Assembly (NCBI GenBank): GCA_013152275.1
Contig: JAADGS010000028.1
Span: forward strand, 59,857 to 79,856
DNA from: Actinomycetota bacterium
GTDB lineage: Bacteria; Actinomycetota; Acidimicrobiia; Spongiisociales; UBA4744
Direction of reading: 5' to 3'
Length of the DNA stretch: 20,000 bases
Both the position numbers and the translations under genes were made by a program. The notes beneath the pieces are model-generated. The model was not told the origin of the DNA, made no database searches, and was given only the letters and a program-made list of their open reading frames with translations. Of this stretch, positions 15,766 through 20,000 are shown piece by piece. Within the stretch, counting starts at the first letter, position 1. The number at the start of each line of letters is the position of its first letter.

Positions 15766-17445
15766 TCAGGTCAGGCCCTCGAAGGGATCCTCCGGCACGT
15801 CTCCCCCGCCGACCGGTGGGCCCGCCTCCGAAGCTCGGGTCGCCCAGGCGGGGAACGGGAACTCGAGGACGACCGGGATCGGCAGCTCGGGCTGGGCGAC
15901 GATCATCGTGCCGGGCTTCATGATGGTGGCCCGCTGCCGCTGCACGATCGGGAGGAACCCGTATTCGTCGCGACCGGCCTCGGCCGAATCGAGGCGGCCG
16001 ACCACGCGGATGGCGGAGTTCGCGATGATGCGTCGCTCCACCTCGCTTGCCGTCTGCTGGGCGCCGATCAGGATCACGCCGAGCGACCGTCCGCGTTCGG
16101 CGACGTCGAGGAGGATCTCCTTGATCGGGCTGAACCCTTCTCGCGGCGCGTACTTGTTCAGTTCGTCCAGAACGAGGAACAGCAACTCGTCGGACTGGCC
16201 CTGGCGTTCCTTGTCCTCGAACGCCCGGCGCACGGTGACGCCGACGACGAACCGCTTCGCCCGGTCGTTGAGGTTGTGAAGATCCACGACGGTCACCTGT
16301 CGCCGCAGCTCGATGCGGTGTCGCTCCGCGCTCGGCAGATCACCCCTGACGAGGTGCTCGACATGACGGACGGCTCCCTGGATGCGCCGAACGAATGCGT
16401 TGACGGTGCCGATGCCGATCGCAGGGCCTGCCCACTCGATACGCGTGTCCTCCTCCTGCACCTTTCGGGTGATGAGGTCTGCGAGGTCCCGGAAGGTCCG
16501 AACCGGCTCGCCTTCGATCGAGACGCCGCCGTCGTCCAGAACGGTCGCCTTGCGCAGGCGAGCCATCACGTTGTACACGACCATCGTGTAATGGGCGCGG
16601 TCGTCCTCGGCGTCGGCAAAGAGGAACGGCAGGAGATCCTGCGTGCAGAACTCGGCGATCGTCCAGAAGAACGGCGTGACACCTTCGTGGCGGGCCCGCA
16701 CGTCGGGTGCCGCAGACGGCGACCCATGCTTCGGCGGCACATAGATGCCGACGGACCGGAACGGGCTCGCCGGGAGACCAAGGGTGCGATACCGCTTGGC
16801 CTGGTCGTCGCCCATTGCCAGGTTCGGACGGTCGAGGAACAGCAGGTCCTCGCCTTTGACGTTGAAGATGAGCGCCTTGGTGTTGACCGCCCGCGCACCC
16901 AGAACACCCGAGGTGAAGAGGCTGTGGAGCAGGAAGGTCGCGTAGGTGGTCTTCGTTGCGACGCCGGAGACTCCGGAGATGTTGACGTGGGCACCCCGAG
17001 TGCCGTCGACGAATTCCAGGTTGACGAACATCGGCTCACCCGACCTGCTCGAGCCGACGGGAATCCGATCGGTCATGCGGTCGAAGAACAGCGCCCGATC
17101 CCGCTCCTCGCCGGTCGCGCGCACGACACCCTGCCCGGGACGCGGCGGGACGAACGTCTCCGGCTCGAAACGCGTCGCGACCACCTTGGCCGCCTCGCCG
17201 ACCTCGGCCGGCAGGATGCCCTCCTCGATCAAGAACACGTCCGAGTCGAACCGGGCGCCTTCGTGGCGGGCACGCACCTGCTCCACGATGCCGTAGATGT
17301 GCACGGTGTCGCCGCCCGGGAGGGTGCGTTCGAGGGCGACGACGTCGTCGAGCTGGAGGTACTCACCCGGAGCGACCCCCACCCAGAACTCGAGCGGTGT
17401 GGCGTCTTCGGTGCCGATGACGCGCCCGACGATGTTGTGTGTCAT
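15766..17445 (-). CDS. herA: HerA-family (FtsK/HerA superfamily) ATPase/DNA translocase with N-terminal HAS-barrel
   Basis: ATG at 17445: MTHNIVGRVIG (HAS-barrel-like), variant Walker A HVNISGVSGVATKT, IFNVKGEDL, Walker B LVLDELNKYAP, arginine finger AERGRSLGVILIGAQQ.AS, and N....VVGRL. Confidence 0.85.
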   Translation of the reverse strand: MTHNIVGRVIGTEDATPLEFWVGVAPGEYLQLDDVVALERTLPGGDTVHIYGIVEQVRARHEGARFDSDVFLIEEGILPAEVGEAAKVVATRFEPETFVPPRPGQGVVRATGEERDRALFFDRMTDRIPVGSSRSGEPMFVNLEFVDGTRGAHVNISGVSGVATKTTYATFLLHSLFTSGVLGARAVNTKALIFNVKGEDLLFLDRPNLAMGDDQAKRYRTLGLPASPFRSVGIYVPPKHGSPSAAPDVRARHEGVTPFFWTIAEFCTQDLLPFLFADAEDDRAHYTMVVYNVMARLRKATVLDDGGVSIEGEPVRTFRDLADLITRKVQEEDTRIEWAGPAIGIGTVNAFVRRIQGAVRHVEHLVRGDLPSAERHRIELRRQVTVVDLHNLNDRAKRFVVGVTVRRAFEDKERQGQSDELLFLVLDELNKYAPREGFSPIKEILLDVAERGRSLGVILIGAQQTASEVERRIIANSAIRVVGRLDSAEAGRDEYGFLPIVQRQRATIMKPGTMIVAQPELPIPVVLEFPFPAWATRASEAGPPVGGGDVPEDPFEGLT

Positions 17446-17452
17446 GGCGGCG

Positions 17453-17458
17453 AGCGTA
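17453..17458 (-). promoter_or_regulatory. -10 element for probable leaderless herA transcript
   Basis: TACGCT on the minus strand, 7 nt before the ATG at 17445; no SD. Confidence 0.55.
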
Positions 17459-17579
17459 CCAGCGGGCGGTGACGGGTTCGGAGCCGCGTCCCTCCCGGCA
17501 TGGAATCCAGACGGTGGTCGGGAGCGCCATGCCACCTTTAGACTGTCTTCACCTACCACGCCAGGAGGTGGGCCGACAC

Positions 17580-18599
17580 ATGCCCAGGGACTTCGCCGCG
17601 CTGGCCGTCGCGGCCATGACTCTTTCAACAGTGATAAGTGCCTGCACACCTGCCACCTCCCCGACACGGTCGGCCCCGCCGGCAGCAGTGTTGACCGCCG
17701 CAGAGCAACGCAGCTTGGCCCGTGTCGAACGGGATCTCGTCAATGTCGACTACTTCACGTCACAGGAGGTAGACGTCGTTGCCGAGGCCAAGGCAGAACT
17801 GGAGTATCGATGCCTACGGAACGCCGGGATCGACTGGCGGCCGCCGGGACCGTCGGACATTCCCGACACGCCGAATCCTCTCAACGCAATACGTCCGCCG
17901 GACCTCTGGCTGCATCAGGACGGACCGATCGGTCTCGCGACGCCACTTGCCGAGCCCGGAACCCTCGATACCTTTCTCAGTTCGTTGCGTTCGGCCGATT
18001 CGGCGATGCAGGAGTACCCGCCGGCCCCGCCCGGTTGGGAGGACGCCGAGTTCGGGAATCCACGCAGGGAGATCACCATCGACATCGGCGGAGGCGGTTC
18101 GGTGACGGTTCCGGTAAGCGGCTGTGCGGGGCAGGTCGTCGAGCAGCTCTACGGCGTGGACGCCGCCGCCTACCATCGGACGCGCACCGCGGCGATCGTT
18201 GCATCGAAGGTTCTCGACCAGGTCGTCGGCAACGAGTCTGTGGCCGACGCGACCCGCCGGTGGTCCACCTGCATGCACAGGCAAGGGTATCGCGTGGCAA
18301 CGCCCGACGATCTGTATGAACTCTTCCAGAGCGACTTCGAAGGCCTGATCAACGGCACACGGACGATCGCCGACCTCTCGGAGACCGACGCTGCCGTCGG
18401 AGCGGCAGACGCCGAGTGCAAGACACAGAGCGGTCTCGCCACGACGTTCGCCAGAACGCTGATCGACGTTGGAGAGGAACGGCTGCGACGCAACGAGGGT
18501 GTGTTGGCGGCGTACGCGAAGTACCGAGAAGAAGGACTCGAGCGGGCCGCGGCAATCGTCGGCGGGTCGTTCCCCGACGATGTGGACGGGGGATCGTGA
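17580..18599 (+). CDS. Putative lipoprotein of unknown function
   Basis: TAGACT at 17539-17544 and SD AGGAGGT at 17563-17569. Signal peptide MPRDFAALAVAAMTLSTVISA-C (lipobox-like) and cysteine motifs RCLRNAG, GCAG, WSTCMHRQGY and ADAECK. Confidence 0.75.
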   Translation: MPRDFAALAVAAMTLSTVISACTPATSPTRSAPPAAVLTAAEQRSLARVERDLVNVDYFTSQEVDVVAEAKAELEYRCLRNAGIDWRPPGPSDIPDTPNPLNAIRPPDLWLHQDGPIGLATPLAEPGTLDTFLSSLRSADSAMQEYPPAPPGWEDAEFGNPRREITIDIGGGGSVTVPVSGCAGQVVEQLYGVDAAAYHRTRTAAIVASKVLDQVVGNESVADATRRWSTCMHRQGYRVATPDDLYELFQSDFEGLINGTRTIADLSETDAAVGAADAECKTQSGLATTFARTLIDVGEERLRRNEGVLAAYAKYREEGLERAAAIVGGSFPDDVDGGS

Positions 18600-19660
18600 T
18601 GGCGCGGCGCCTCGCGGCCGGTGCACTCGTGGTCCTCGTGACCGTCGCGGCAACCCTCGTCGCGACCGCGATCGTGTCCCGCCCGGAACCGCCTTCGGGT
18701 GAAGACACCGCGTCCGAGACGGAGACGATGCTCACCGGAACGGTCGCCCGTGAGGTGCTCCGTCGCGGCGTGTTCCTGCGCGCGAGGGTGATCGACAATC
18801 CGGAGCGTTTCCCGATCGACCGATCCGGGGTCGTCACCGCCATGCCGAAGCGTGCCGGGGACGAGGTCCTCGAAGGGGACGTGGTCGTGGAGATCCAGTC
18901 GCGGCCCGTCATGCTGCTCTACAGCCCGTTTCCCGGATGGCGGGATCTGCAGCCCGGCTCGCGAGGCCGTGACGTCGAGATGGTGCAACGGGCCCTCGGT
19001 CGTCTTGGGTATCCGATCATCGACGAGCCCGGGGTCTTCGGCCCCGACACCGAGGCGGCCGTCCGAGACCTCTATCTCGACCGCGGCTACGAGCCACCGG
19101 CCACGGGAGATGGGGAGACGGAGCTGCCGCCGGGCGAGGTGCTCCTGGCCCCGGAGGGCGTGTGGCTCTGGTCCGCCGACGGTGTCGAGGTCGGTACGGT
19201 GTTGGTCCCCGGAGCCCCGGAGGTCTTCCTGCGGCGTCCCGGAACACGCCTCCAGCTCGACGGTGTTCCTGGGACGATCGGCAACGGGACGGATCTGCTC
19301 GTGTGGACCGCTCCCGGAGCAGAACCCCGGGCGGCGACCGTCGTAGACGTTCTCACAGCCCCCGTTGGTGCCGACGTCGACAGGCAGGTCGTCGAAACCG
19401 AACCCCCGACGGCACAGCTCATCGGAGGTCGGTCGGGCGACGTCGCCGTCGAGGTCGTCTCCGAAGCCACCGCCGGACCGGTCCTGGCTGCACCGGGTAC
19501 CGTCGTCGCCACAGGCCCCGACGGCGGCACCTATGTGGAGCGGCTTGCCGACGGAACCGTCGAACGGGTACCGATCACCGTCGGCTTCATCGGCGACGAG
19601 CTCGTCGAGCTCCGCTCGGACCGACTCGAGGTCGGCGACGAACTGCTGCTCCAACGGTGA
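18599..19660 (+). CDS. Membrane-anchored peptidoglycan-binding-domain protein, efflux adaptor (MFP)-like
   Basis: ATG overlaps the upstream TGA. N-terminal TM helix, biotinyl/lipoyl-like GVVT....AGDEVLEGDVVVEI..RPV, PG_binding_1-like DLQPGSRGRDVEMVQRALGRLGY...GVFGPDTEAAV and C-terminal V.ITVG......VE.....LEVGD. Confidence 0.8.
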   Translation: MARRLAAGALVVLVTVAATLVATAIVSRPEPPSGEDTASETETMLTGTVAREVLRRGVFLRARVIDNPERFPIDRSGVVTAMPKRAGDEVLEGDVVVEIQSRPVMLLYSPFPGWRDLQPGSRGRDVEMVQRALGRLGYPIIDEPGVFGPDTEAAVRDLYLDRGYEPPATGDGETELPPGEVLLAPEGVWLWSADGVEVGTVLVPGAPEVFLRRPGTRLQLDGVPGTIGNGTDLLVWTAPGAEPRAATVVDVLTAPVGADVDRQVVETEPPTAQLIGGRSGDVAVEVVSEATAGPVLAAPGTVVATGPDGGTYVERLADGTVERVPITVGFIGDELVELRSDRLEVGDELLLQR

Positions 19661-19673
19661 GAGGCTGCACCGC

Positions 19674-20000
19674 ATGAGCATCGAGGCGACGGCTCTCGGC
19701 CGGTTCTTCGACGGAGGGCGGGTTCACGCCGTCCGGGACACGAGCTTGCGCATCGACGACGGCGAGTTCGTCGTCATCACCGGCAAGAGTGGCTCCGGAA
19801 AGTCCACCCTCCTCAACCTGTTGGGGCTCCTTGACCGGCCGACGACCGGCAGTCTGGTCATCGACGACGCATCCGTCATGTCGCTCTCGGAAGCCGAACG
19901 AACCAGATTCCGGGGACACACACTGGGTTTTGTCTTCCAGGACTCCTTCCCCGACGCGACCCGAACAACGGCCGAGAACGTGATGCAGGGGCTCCGGTAC
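19674..20000 (+). CDS. ABC transporter ATP-binding protein (LolD/MacB-like), 3' truncated by window edge
   Basis: Not in the ORF track; translated by hand from ATG 19674: MSIEATALGRFFDGGRVHAVRDTSLRIDDGEFVVITGKSGSGKSTLLNLLGLLDRPTTG...LGFVFQ, with Walker A and Q-loop. Confidence 0.92.
   Translation, partial: MSIEATALGRFFDGGRVHAVRDTSLRIDDGEFVVITGKSGSGKSTLLNLLGLLDRPTTGSLVIDDASVMSLSEAERTRFRGHTLGFVFQDSFPDATRTTAENVMQGLRY

Noticed and set aside
18170..19681. 503-aa minus-strand ORF, and similar shadows at 10586-12049, 13207-14364 and 16276-17472
   Set aside because: They overlap well-supported genes on the opposite strand and show no family motifs.
1..20000. CRISPR array, transposase, integrase, prophage or rRNA/tRNA genes
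   Set aside because: No regularly spaced repeats or corresponding motifs were seen, and nearly all sequence is accounted for by the listed genes.

Overview
High-GC bacterial chromosomal window. Gene content and apparent leaderless promoters suggest an actinobacterium, possibly Acidimicrobiia-like (inference). From left to right: the 3' end of a SIMPL/DUF541 gene; a small multidrug-export-family membrane gene; a gene-free gap (829-1072) with a near-consensus sigma70 promoter followed by four stem-loops (candidate unannotated sRNA); a divergent YchF-family ATPase; gpsA; a minus-strand group 3b [NiFe]-hydrogenase operon (beta, cNMP-binding-fold protein, gamma, delta, alpha, maturation protease, cysteine-free mini-HypA); an archaeal-style DNA end-resection set (herA ... 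sbcD/mre11 - sbcC/rad50 - nurA) split by a sphingosine-1-phosphate-lyase-like PLP enzyme and a DUF819 membrane protein; and a lipoprotein / peptidoglycan-binding adaptor / ABC ATPase module running off the right edge. sbcD carries a 1-nt frameshift near 12255 that reads it in-frame into sbcC. All calls come from motif reading by eye; no database searches were run.
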